A stretch of 63,489 bases of DNA, filler included, from Octopus bimaculoides (Eukaryota), in assembly GCF_001194135.2 (NCBI RefSeq). It is 5 parts of 5 records of this genome, joined end to end, with 100 filler letters (N's around TTAATTAATTAA, not from the genome) between each part and the next. Parts side by side here need not be neighbours in the genome. Positions count along the whole stretch, not along the records: positions 1 to 22,471 come from NC_069008.1; 4 more parts are not named here. One strand, written 5' to 3'. This document shows, piece after piece, positions 10,757-22,527 of this stretch (its first letter is position 1; the number at the start of each line of letters is the position of its first letter). Both the position numbers and the translations under genes were made by a program. Below the pieces are notes generated by a model. That model searched no databases, was not told the origin of the DNA, and saw only the letters and a list, made by a program, of their open reading frames with translations.

Positions 10757-11822
10757 AGAAGGTACGGTGAATAACCTGTCCTCAAAATTGCGTAAAAATG
10801 AAAATAACACTGACCTTTCATTTTAACATATATTTACCAAAATTACATAAAAATATCTTGAAATACTAAATAGTAAATTTATTCAATAAAATCGTCATTT
10901 TTTAAGATTTCTTTATTGCCCGNNNNNNNNNNNNNNNNNNNNNNNNNNNNNNNNNNNNNNNNNNNNNNNNNNNNNNNNNNNNNNNNNNNNNNNNNNNNNN
11001 NNNNNNNNNNNNNNNNNNNNNNNNNNNNNNNNNNNNNNNNNNNNNNNNNNNNNNNNNNNNNNNNNNNNNNNNNNNNNNNNNNNNNNNNNNNNNNNNNNNN
11101 NNNNNNNNNNNNNNNNNNNNNNNNNNNNNNNNNNNNNNNNNNNNNNNNNNNNNNNNNNNNNNNNNNNNNNNNNNNNNNNNNNNNNNNNNNNNNNNNNNNN
11201 NNNNNNNNNNNNNNNNNNNNNNNNNNNNNNNNNNNNNNNNNNNNNNNNNNNNNNNNNNNNNNNNNNNNNNNNNNNNNNNNNNNNNNNNNNNNNNNNNNNN
11301 NNNNNNNNNNNNNNNNNNNNNNNNNNNNNNNNNNNNNNNNNNNNNNNNNNNNNNNNNNNNNNNNNNNNNNNNNNNNNNNNNNNNNNNNNNNNNNNNNNNN
11401 NNNNNNNNNNNNNNNNNNNNNNNNNNNNNNNNNNNNNNNNNNNNNNNNNNNNNNNNNNNNNNNNNNNNNNNNNNNNNNNNNNNNNNNNNNNNNNNNNNNN
11501 NNNNNNNNNNNNNNNNNNNNNNNNNNNNNNNNNNNNNNNNNNNNNNNNNNNNNNNNNNNNNNNNNNNNNNNTGTGTGTGTGTGTGTGTGTGTGCATATAT
11601 ATATATACGTATATGTATGTGTGTATATGTATAGGTGTATATATGTATGTGTGTATATGTATAGGTGTATATATGTATGTGTATATATGTATACGCGTAT
11701 ATATATATAGGTGTATATATATATATGTATACACACCTATATATACACACACATGTATACGTGTACGTGTGTATATATATGTATAAGTGTATGTATGTGT
11801 TTATATGTATGTATATATATGG

Positions 11823-11860
<38 letters not shown>

Positions 11861-12059
11861 ATACAAAAAATATATATGCATGTATACACACATATGTATA
11901 TATTTTCATCTACATGTGTATATAGATGCATATCAGGGTACAGGACGTTAGAACAATGAACTACAGACAACGGAACGAACACATAATATATATAGGTGTG
12001 TGTGTATATATATATGAATATATACAAGCATACACACTCACTCACAACAGTGTATGTCG

Positions 12060-14054
12060 CACCACTACCAGACAATGCAATCAACGTCCCACCATGCCAG
12101 TCAGGCAGATGTCCAGGAACAACAGCGCCGCCGCCACGACGACCACCACCAAAACAGTCAACACCATCACCAACAGTAGCAGCAACACCATCGCCATCAT
12201 CACCACCACCACCACTACTGACACCGCCACCAATCTTACCACCGGTATCAGCAGCACTACCGCCACCACCACCACCATCACTGGAAATACCACTATTATC
12301 ATGGTAGCTACACCTGTTTGAAACACCAGCCAAATCTCCCTCAAATCACAATCTATTGTCTTATGTATGTATATATGTATGTATGAGCGAACGACGGAGA
12401 CATCTCTATGGTAGCAATATCTGGCAGAAATAGCAGCCTAATTTTCCTCAAATAACGGCCTTCTCTTTTATGTATGTGTATATGTATGTCTGAGCCAATG
12501 AGGGAGACCTATACGTGATAGCTAAACCTGCTAGAAATAGCAGGCAAATCTCCATCAAATCACATCCTACTGTTTTGTGTATGTATATATGAGGGAGATT
12601 TCTATGTTGATAGATAGGTCTGTTAGAAATAGCAGCCAAATCTCCCTCAAATTACAATCTTACTGTCTTAGAATAGATTGGCTTCTTTCTACAAATGGAA
12701 AAGCCAGATTGGTCATGGTTGGACTGCTTTTCTGCGAACAGAAATACAAGAAGCAAAATGGCAACAAGTTACGTCATACCACTTCCACCTCTAAATGTAC
12801 CCGTAACAACTCCTTCTCCCCGATTAGTATCATCATCATCGTCACCACCATCATCATCATTGTCGTCGTCATCGTCAGCATTGTCATCATCATCATCATT
12901 ATCACCATCACCACCACCATTTTCTTCATCATCTCCATCTTCGTTGCCATCATCATCATCATCATCATCATCACAAAACCAGCCATGAGATCCGCGTCCA
13001 CCACGCCATCATGACTGGACGCCGGCACCACCACCACCACCACCCTTAGCACTATCCCCAATACCATTGNNNNNNNNNNNNNNNNNNNNNNNNNNNNNNN
13101 NNNNNNNNNNNNNNNNNNNNNNNNNNNNNNNNNNNNNNNNNNNNNNNNNNNNNNNNNNNNNNNNNNNNNNNNNNNNNNNNNNNNNNNNNNNNNNNNNNNN
13201 NNNNNNNNNNNNNNNNNNNNNACCACCACAGCCGCCGCAACATTCCCATGACCACCACCACAGACCCACCGTCAACAGTATCACCGCCACCACCACCACC
13301 ACCATCACCACCACAGCCATCAAAACTATGACATTCACCATGCCTACTACCATTGACGCCACAACCACTCAACACCACCGCCACCACCATCAACAATGGC
13401 AACAACGCCGCCGCCATCTCTATCGCTACCATCATCACCATCATCACCTTTGCTATCACCACTACCACGGCCACCTCCTTCCCCCATGGCTGCTACCACC
13501 GACGAAAACCATCACTATCATCACCACCATCATCATTATCATCATCATCATATCCACGACCACCACCATCACCATCACCACCGCCACCATCACCATCATC
13601 ACCACCACATCACCATCACCACATCATCATCATCACCACCTCCCAAACTATCACTACCACCATTGCCATCATCACCACCACCACAACACCACCATCACCA
13701 CATCCACAACCACCACGACCAACGCCACAACCACCAACACCACCACCACTACCACACGCGCCACTACATCCATCGCTACCACAACCGCCACTATCACCAC
13801 TACAACCACCGATACCATCATCATCACCACCTCCCAAACTATCACCACCACCATTGCCACCACCATCATCATCATCACCACCACTACCACCATAACTTGC
13901 ACCACCACCACCACAACCAATATTCTTATCACTCCACCACCACCACCATCACCACCACTACCACCATAACTAGCACCACCACCACCACAACCAATATTCT
14001 TATCACCCCACCACCACCACCACCTACCACACCTCCCATGATCACCACCACCAC
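12060..14054. repeat. Degenerate (CAC/CAT/ACC)n trinucleotide low-complexity tract
   Basis: Imperfect CAC/CAT runs with local duplications (catcaccacctcccaaactatcac at about 13630 and 13820); source of the His/Thr/Pro-rich pseudo-ORFs. Confidence 0.85.
12312..12680 (+). repeat. Four tandem units of about 100 bp
   Basis: gaaatagcagccaaatctccctcaaat(c/t)aca recurs at about 12320, 12427, 12535 and 12626. Confidence 0.75.
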
Positions 14055-15018
14055 NNNNNNNNNNNNNNNNNNNNNNNNNNNNNNNNNNNNNNNNNNNNNN
14101 NNNNNNNNNNNNNNNNNNNNNNNNNNNNNNNNNNNNNNNNNNNNNNNNNNNNNNNNNNNNNNNNNNNNNNNNNNNNNNNNNNNNNNNNNNNNNNNNNNNN
14201 NNNNNNNNNNNNNNNNNNNNNNNNNNNNNNNNNNNNNNNNNNNNNNNNNNNNNNNNNNNNNNNNNNNNNNNNNNNNNNNNNNNNNNNNNNNNNNNNNNNN
14301 NNNNNNNNNNNNNNNNNNNNNNNNNNNNNNNNNNNNNNNNNNNNNNNNNNNNNNNNNNNNNNNNNNNNNNNNNNNNNNNNNNNNNNNNNNNNNNNNNNNN
14401 NNNNNNNNNNNNNNNNNNNNNNNNNNNNNNNNNNNNNNNNNNNNNNNNNNNNNNNNNNNNNNNNNNNNNNNNNNNNNNNNNNNNNNNNNNNNNNNNNNNN
14501 NNNNNNNNNNNNNNNNNNNNNNNNNNNNNNNNNNNNNNNNNNNNNNNNNNNNNNNNNNNNNNNNNNNNNNNNNNNNNNNNNNNNNNNNNNNNNNNNNNNN
14601 NNNNNNNNNNNNNNNNNNNNNNNNNNNNNNNNNNNNNNNNNNNNNNNNNNNNNNNNNNNNNNNNNNNNNNNNNNNNNNNNNNNNNNNNNNNNNNNNNNNN
14701 NNNNNNNNNNNNNNNNNNNNNNNNNNNNNNNNNNNNNNNNNNNNNNNNNNNNNNNNNNNNNNNNNNNNNNNNNNNNNNNNNNNNNNNNNNNNNNNNNNNN
14801 NNNNNNNNNNNNNNNNNNNNNNNNNNNNNNNNNNNNNNNNNNNNNNNNNNNNNNNNNNNNNNNNNNNNNNNNNNNNNNNNNNNNNNNNNNNNNNNNNNNN
14901 NNNNNNNNNNNNNNNNNNNNNNNNNNNNNNATATATATACATATATATATATATATACATATATATATACCTGTTTGGTTCAATAATTATGCATATCTAT
15001 CTATCTGTCTATACATGT

Positions 15019-15084
15019 GCGTGAGGTGTTGCAATTTTATATGCAGGATTGCAATCCTGCATATAAAATTGCAACACCTCACGC
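15019..15084. repeat. Perfect 66-bp spacerless palindrome
   Basis: gcgtgaggtgttgcaattttatatgcaggattg followed by its exact 33-nt reverse complement. Confidence 0.95.
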
Positions 15085-15545
15085 GTTATATATGTATTTC
15101 TATATATGTGCATACATATATATGTGAATGTATGTATATATGATATAAATCGTATTTATATTTATGAGGTATATATATAGCTATAAAGCAGTAAAAAAAT
15201 GATGCATAAATATTAGTATATAAATTGTATTTATCTGCATTAGAATGTCTGTTTAAATGGATCTCCGTCACTCGCAACGATGAATATGGCAAGAATAGAA
15301 TGAGCTGAAATGCCTTCTTATTGAGTTATATCAGCAGTGGCTGAGTGCTCCATAAACACATGTGCTCCTTTTCACCAGAGTAATCTTAGCATTATATGTA
15401 ACCGGGCTGCCATTTTGGAATTTCTGGTAGAATGCACTTGGTCGCTCCATATGAATTCAACCGAAGTTTTAAAAAAAATTTGCATGTGACCAACTCAAAT
15501 TTAGCTGAAATTTTGAACGAATGAAATTTGGTTATATATGAGGTT

Positions 15546-16075
15546 CCCCAGTACACTACTGGTACTTAATTTATCGACCCCGAAAGGATGAAAAGCAAAG
15601 TCGACCTCGGTGGAATTTGAGCTCAGAACGTAACGGCAGACGAAATACCGCTATGCATTTTGCCCGGCGTGCTAACGATTCTGTCAGCTCGCCGCCTCCA
15701 TACTAATGATAATGGTTTCAAATTTTTCCACAAGGGCAGCCACTTTGGAACAGGGGATCAGTCGATTACATCGACCCGAGTGCTCAACTGGTACTTATTT
15801 CATCGACCCTGAAAAGATGAAAACTCGCCGCCTCAATAATAATAATTATTAATATCATTATTTCTTTATTGCCCACAAGGGGTTACACACAGAGGGGACA
15901 AGCAAGGACAGACTAAGTCGATTACATTGACCCCAGTGCGTAACTGGTACTTACTTAATCGACCTCGAAAGGATGAAAGGCAAAGTCGACCTCGGCGGAA
16001 TTTGAACTCAGAACGTAACGGCAGACGAAATACCGCTATGCATTTCGCCCGGCGTGCTAACGTTTCTGCCAGCTC
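15546..16075 (-). mobile_element. Cluster of three SINE family B copies (one internally deleted, one with a variant tail)
   Basis: Repeated atcgaccccgaaaggatgaaaggcaaagtcgacctcggcggaatttgaactcagaacg, separated by AAT runs. Confidence 0.85.
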
Positions 16076-16613
16076 AAAGCAGAATATTTGTTGTAAGCCC
16101 ATCTTTTATTCCAAGACAAAACAATGTACATGATAACACTTCTAATCAGTTAAGATGAGAAGGCATGAGAGCCACTGCCTGGTACTGCACCAGGACATAT
16201 AATAACAACAACAACAACAACAACAAGGACGACGACGAGAACAATAACAACAACAAGATGTATATTAATATTATTGATAGACAAGTGAAGGAGGGCGAGA
16301 GAAAAATCAGGCATTTTGAAAAAGAAAATACTCGCCTAGACGTCGGGNNNNNNNNNNNNNNNNNNNNNNNNNNNNNNNNNNNNNNNNNNNNNNNNNNNNN
16401 NNNNNNNNNNNNNNNNNNNNNNNNNNNNNNNNNNNNNNNNNNNNNNNNNNNNNNNNNNNNNNNNNNNNNNNNNNNNNNNNNNNNNNNNNNNNNNNNNNNN
16501 NNNNNNNNNNNNNNNNNNNNNNNNNNNNNNNNNNNNNNNNNNNNNNNNNNNNNNNNNNNNNNNNNNNNNNNNNNNNNNNNNNNNNNNNNNNNNNNNNNNN
16601 NNNNNNNNNNNNN

Positions 16614-16647
<34 letters not shown>

Positions 16648-17446
16648 TACTTATTTATCTGCTAGCATAAATATCTGTATTACCTATATTGTTTTCTACA
16701 GTGTATGGTGAACGTCTGTATTTGTGTGTTTGTCTGCGTGAGTGTGCATGCGCTCACGCGTTTTAATAATACGGCAGGAAAGCACTACTGCCATTCAACA
16801 CACCGGACACTCTCCTGAAATTGTCACATTAGTAGTGGGTAGACACATGTACGCCCACCTGTAGAGGTCTTTTTCTTCGTAGAGTGAGAAAAAACAAACA
16901 GCGTTGATCGATTTTCGAGTTTTATTGAATTCTCATCAGAGGCCTGTACATCAATTTGTCCAATCCCAGAGAAACAAGCAGTCAATCTGTTTATATACTC
17001 ATGAGTTACAGGAGCTACATACACACACACACGCGCGCATACACACACACGCACACACACACACACACACTTATAAAATCATATCTCGGGCATGACTCCG
17101 AACTATCCGTTACTAAATGGGACCCTGGCTCCGGTGAACCAGATTTTAAGGAACATGGAACCATCCATTGGCCAGTATTGTTTCCAGCACTTCTATGACA
17201 TGGTACAGTAGCACTTTTTAGAGTTCCAGCTATGGGTTAATTGGCACGTTATAGAAGAAACTCCAAGCACAAACCCTCACTGTCTTGTGAGAGTCTTGGG
17301 AGAGGAGAAGGTCAGGAAAGTCAACCGTAACAGCAAATCCTGGAGTAGGGTGTCTTGAGTAGTCCGGTGCCCACTTTGACACCCTTGCGGCAACTCCAGG
17401 GTAGATGTTCTCCAGCCCTATAAGGCAATTCCTCTAAGATTTAGAA

Positions 17447-17684
17447 CAGTAGTTCTTAACCAGGGTCCATATGGCACTTCGGGGTCCACATTAGGTTTTG
17501 TTGTTAAAATATGTGCAATAAATTAGTTTTACTACAATATAAAATATTTTAACAACCTTTTTCTACAATTCTTAATTATAATTAATTATAAAAATTTGAT
17601 GGAATTTTTTTAAACATTAAATTACTGTGGGGGGTATATCCATGTCAAAGAGGTTCATAAGTTAAAACCAGTTGAGAAACACTG
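17447..17684 (+). mobile_element. hAT (Charlie-like) MITE, 238 bp
   Basis: TIRs cagtagttcttaacc / gttgagaaacactg; degenerate 8-bp flanks atttagaa / gtctacaa resembling NTCTAGAN; second copy at 34635-35147. Confidence 0.8.
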
Positions 17685-17864
17685 GTCTACAAAAAGGCCA
17701 CCCCAATGTATGATCTACAGCTTGATGGTCACTGCAGCCGTCTTAGCCTGCAAAGCCAGTGGTCAGACCGCCAAGGCTAAAGCGTAGGATTGGACTTCGT
17801 GGACGGGCTCCCACTTTAAAATTACATTAGCACAGCCAGAAAGAAAAGCCATACACCGTCAAGG

Positions 17865-18437
17865 AGCGACATTTGAACTCCGAACTAAACGCCGGAAGAA
17901 ATATCGCTAATTATTTTTTCCGACGTGATAGCGATTCTGCCAGCACGCTGCCTTAATGATAATGATAATAATAATAATAATAATAATAACTGTAATAATC
18001 CTTTCTGTTATAGTCACAAGGCTTGAAATATTGGGGGAGAGGACTAGTCGATTACATCGACCTCAGTATTTCACTGGTACTTAATTTATCGACCCCGTAA
18101 AGATGAAATGCAAAGTCGACCCCAGCGGAATTTGAATTCAGAACATAAGAACGCGCGAAATGCCGCTAAGTAGTTTGCTCGGAGCGCTAACGATTCTGCT
18201 AGCTCGCTGCCTTAATAATATAATTTCTACTGAAGGTACAAGGCTTAAAATTTTGAGGGAGGGTTCTAGTCAGTTACAGCAACCCCCAATACTCAGCTGG
18301 TACTCAGTTTATCGATCACGAAAGGACGAAAGGCAAAGTCGACCTCGGCGGAATTTAAACTCAGAACGCAAAGACGGACGAAATGCCGCTAAGCATTTCT
18401 TCCGGCATGCTAACGATTCTGCCTGTTTGTCGCCTTA
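17865..18437 (-). mobile_element. Cluster of three SINE family B copies
   Basis: Three head-to-tail copies, each ending gccttaataat on the + strand. Confidence 0.85.
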
Positions 18438-18620
18438 ATAATAATAATAATAATGTCTGCGTTCATATACTGACAGGCACACACAGACAAGCAAACATTC
18501 ATGTGNNNNNNNNNNNNNNNNNNNNNNNNNNNNNNNNNNNNNNNNNNNNNNNNNNNNNNNNNNNNNNNNNNNNNNNNNNNNNNNNNNNNNNNNNNNNNNN
18601 NNNNNNNNNNNNNNNNNNNN

Positions 18621-18633
18621 GCTCTTCCGATCT
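18621..18633 (+). other. Untrimmed Illumina adapter end (assembly artefact)
   Basis: gctcttccgatct lies immediately after an N gap and matches the TruSeq adapter 3' end. Confidence 0.85.
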
Positions 18634-18646
18634 GAGTGCATATATA

Positions 18647-18680
<34 letters not shown>

Positions 18681-18769
18681 TGTATGTATTTGTATGTTTA
18701 TTATTTTTTAATCTTGGGAGGGTAGCAAAACCCAATTCATGAAAAAGAAAGAAAAAGAGCGAAAGAAAG

Positions 18770-19215
18770 AAAAAGCGTGAGACAGCGAAGGAGATTAACG
18801 GCGGCACCTCCTCACTGCCGCAGCGCCCCCTAAAAAAAGCTAAAATCCAAAATAACAACAACTACTACAATAATGATAATAATAATAATGATGATGATGT
18901 ATTTGCCACCGGGGCGATCGATGTGAAGGAAAATACAAAGACAGAATAAAGTGTGGGGGTTTAATATATAATGAAATGATAAAAAAAAATTTAATAGTAT
19001 ATGTAAAACCTTGAAGGGGCAGGGGGTTGCCGTTGTGGTGAAGATAGGAAAGGAAGAGGAAAAGGTCCTGTCACTTCCGTACAATACATAATAAAGCGAG
19101 TTCCATATCAGCTCAAGTACGATATCACGCATGCGCGGGAAGGGGTGTGTGTGTGTATCATTGTTGGGTATGGTGTGTGATGCCGCTCCAATCCGCCCCC
19201 CTCTCCATTCGTGAC
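18770..19215. promoter_or_regulatory. CpG-enriched putative promoter or enhancer
   Basis: ETS-like gtcacttccgt (19070-19080), NRF1-like cgcatgcgc (19128-19136), and CCAAT (19188-19192) abutting CCGCCC (19193-19198), in non-repeat DNA. Confidence 0.3.
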
Positions 19216-19529
19216 TAACCCTTTCATACGCTGCTACCCTAAAAAAAAGTGTTGGGGGAGGTGGGAAGACCAGCTATCATTCCGTTGATATAGACAACTG
19301 TTACGCATGTATGTACATATACACATTTACGTAGAAATACACACACACACATATATAGAAAAGAGTAAGGTGAATGGGAAGAGAAAGACAATATCACGAG
19401 GAATAAAATATAGTGAATGAAGAATAATGAATGAAAAAGAATAAAGAATAAGGAAGAATAATGAACACACACACACACACACACACGACCTTTCTCTTAT
19501 TTTACTTTTGGCTTTCAAACACACACACA

Positions 19530-20758
19530 CACACAAGTACACAAGCGGAGAATAATAAAGAGGTGATAGAGAAGAGGAAGAAAAAGTAATGAAGAATAGA
19601 GTATTCTGCATAAAGAATAATGATTAATGAAAAAAATATAGAATTTGGATGAATAATGAATAAAAATAATAAATAATGCAGATGAGGAATGAAGAATAAT
19701 TATGAATGAAGTAGAATAATGAATGAGGAAGAAGAGGGAGAAAAAATAATGAAGAATATGGTATTCTGAATAAAGAATAATGATTAATGAAAAAGAATAA
19801 AGAATATCGAAGAATAATGAATAATAATAATGATAATAATAATGCAGAAGAGGAATGAAGAATAATTATGAATGATGAAGTAGAATAATGAATAAAGAAG
19901 AGTAATGGATAGTGACGAATGAAGAAATGTAGAGATTAATGGAGAAGAGCAAGGAATAGTCCAGAATAACGAAGAAAAAGAAATACAAAGAAATAAAGAA
20001 TAATGAAAATGAATAAAGGTGATGGAAGAATAATGGAGAAGAATGAGTAAGGATACAGAAAACAGAAGAATAAAAAGTATGTAAGAATAAGGAATACTCA
20101 ATAATATAGAATAATGAATGATAATGGATGAAAAATAAAGAATAATGAGTAGTAGAGAATAAAGAACACCAGTGAATAATGAATAGGGGTAAGAAATAGT
20201 GAAGAAAAATAAAAAAAATATGAATGAATAATGAAAAAGAATAAAGAGTATGGAAGAATAAAGAATGATGCAGAAGAATATAGAAAATGGAGGAATAAAG
20301 AGTTTAGAAGAATAAAAAGTAATGTTAGAATAATGAATAATGATAAAGAATAGGAGAGAATAATGAAGAATATAGAATAATGAATAATAAAAGAAAAAAA
20401 AAACAAAGAAGTTTAAAGAAGATTAAGAAAGAAGGAATATTCGAGAAGGAGAGAAGCTAAGTACAAGGAAATAGAGAGAAGTGGGAGAGAAACAGGGGAG
20501 AGAGAAGAGGGAGAAAAAGGAGGTGAGGGTACAGAGGAGAGAGACAGAGAGAAGTGGGAGAAAATGAAGAGAGTGGTACAAAGAGGGAGGAAGAGGTGGG
20601 AGAGAAATAGGGAAGAGAGGTACAAAGAGAGAGCGATGCAGAGTGAGAAAGAGAGAGGTGGGAGAGAGAGAGAGGGGAGAAGATAGAAGTACAAAGAGAG
20701 GGGAGATAGAGGGGGGTGGCGTACGGAGAATGAGTTAGATTGATAGATAGATACAGAC

Positions 20759-20797
<39 letters not shown>

Positions 20798-21180
20798 TGT
20801 TTGAAAGGCGAGAAGAGGAAGGCAAAGAGAAAGACGTCTATACATGTCCTGTATGAAGGGGAGAGACAGACAGGTTGAAGAAGAGAAGTATGGAAGAAAA
20901 CGAGAGAGAAAAGTATACGAGAGAAGAGGAGGAGAAAACAGTAAAGCGAAAAAAAGAGTAATAAACCGGAAGTAGAATAACAGGCGTAGGAAAACAGAGG
21001 AAGGGGATGTTAGCGTAGAGGACGAAGAAAGGGAAAGAGAAAGAAGAGAAGACTTGCAAAAAAATTCTAAGAAAACTCCAAGAAGAAAATCGCAAATAAG
21101 AAGATTCTAACGTCAACAACAACAAAAGGCGGTAAAAAGAAGAAAAGAAAATTGATAAGAATAATAATGAGTAGAGCAAA
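19530..21180 (+). repeat. Purine-rich low-complexity tract (GAATAA-like then GA-rich)
   Basis: About 1.6 kb of strongly A/G-biased + strand; source of the hydrophobic minus-strand pseudo-ORFs. Confidence 0.85.
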
Positions 21181-21515
21181 CAAACACCGTTAATATTATA
21201 TAAGGACATAAAGAACGAAATATGGCTACGAAAAAAGATTTACATATATGTTTTAAACACACACACACACACACACACACACACCCATCACCACACACAC
21301 ACCCATCACCACACACACATCCATCACCACACACACATCCATCACCACACACACACACACATGCATACATACATATATATATATGTATATATATATATGA
21401 TGTATACATATATATAGGATGTGTGTATATATATATATATGTATATATATATGAATGCAAATGAGTGAGAAGAGAGAGATGTAGACGGAGAAACAGATAC
21501 ACACACACATATGAA

Positions 21516-21546
<31 letters not shown>

Positions 21547-22338
21547 ACAGAGAGAGAGAGAGAGAGANNNNNNNNNNNNNNNNNNNNNNNNNNNNNNNNN
21601 NNNNNNNNNNNNNNNNNNNNNNNNNNNNNNNNNNNNNNNNNNNNNNNNNNNNNNNNNNNNNNNNNNNNNNNNNNNNNNNNNNNNNNNNNNNNNNNNNNNN
21701 NNNNNNNNNNNNNNNNNNNNNNNNNNNNNNNNNNNNNNNNNNNNNNNNNNNNNNNNNNNNNNNNNNNNNNNNNNNNNNNNNNNNNNNNNNNNNNNNNNNN
21801 NNNNNNNNNNNNNNNNNNNNNNNNNNNNNNNNNNNNNNNNNNNNNNNNNNNNNNNNNNNNNNNNNNNNNNNNNNNNNNNNNNNNNNNNNNNNNNNNNNNN
21901 NNNNNNNNNNNNNNNNNNNNNNNNNNNNNNNNNNNNNNNNNNNNNNNNNNNNNNNNNNNNNNNNNNNNNNNNNNNNNNNNNNNNNNGAGTGTATGTTTAT
22001 GCATGTCATACGCCCTACTCCAAAAGTTGTTGCATTTTTTTTTCTGTATCTGTTGTCGGCGACCTTTTTCTCTCGTATTTATTTTTTGCCTTCAAACACA
22101 CACAAACACACTTTGACACATGTACTACTTTCGTCTGCGTGCATCCATGCACGCATGTATGTATGTATGTATGTATGTATGTATGTATGTGCTTGCATGT
22201 CTACGAGTGGGCTCAAGGGCGTATTTCTGCATGTATGTATAAGTGTATAAGTATCTCTCTATATAACTATAGACATATATATATATCGACAGTTATGTAT
22301 ATATGTATGCATATATAAATATACATACGTTTATACAT

Positions 22339-22389
<51 letters not shown>

Positions 22390-22515
22390 CGGATAAATAA
22401 ATTAACATCCGTCAGAGGAATCTGCTGCTGCATATTCAGTGTAAGTGTATATGCATGCATGTATATATATANNNNNNNNNNNNNNNNNNNNNNNNNNNNN
22501 NNNNNNNNNNNNNNN

Positions 22516-22527
22516 TTAATTAATTAA
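22516..22527. other. Scaffolding linker TTAATTAATTAA between two 44-N blocks (also 35590, 54360, 62118)
   Basis: The identical 44N+12+44N = 100-bp construct occurs four times; the 12-mer has stops in all six frames. Confidence 0.9.

Noticed and set aside
13353-14054. Long His-, Thr- and Pro-rich ORFs
   Set aside because: All frames on both strands are open because the DNA is degenerate (CAC/CAT)n; there are no splice signals or domains.
17090-17860. GC-richer segments flanking the hAT MITE, possibly an RTE 5' region with an HDV-like ribozyme
   Set aside because: I could not build a convincing nested double pseudoknot or peptide motif, so it is left unclassified.
19784-21209. Hydrophobic, membrane-protein-like minus-strand ORFs
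   Set aside because: They are translations of a pyrimidine-rich low-complexity strand.
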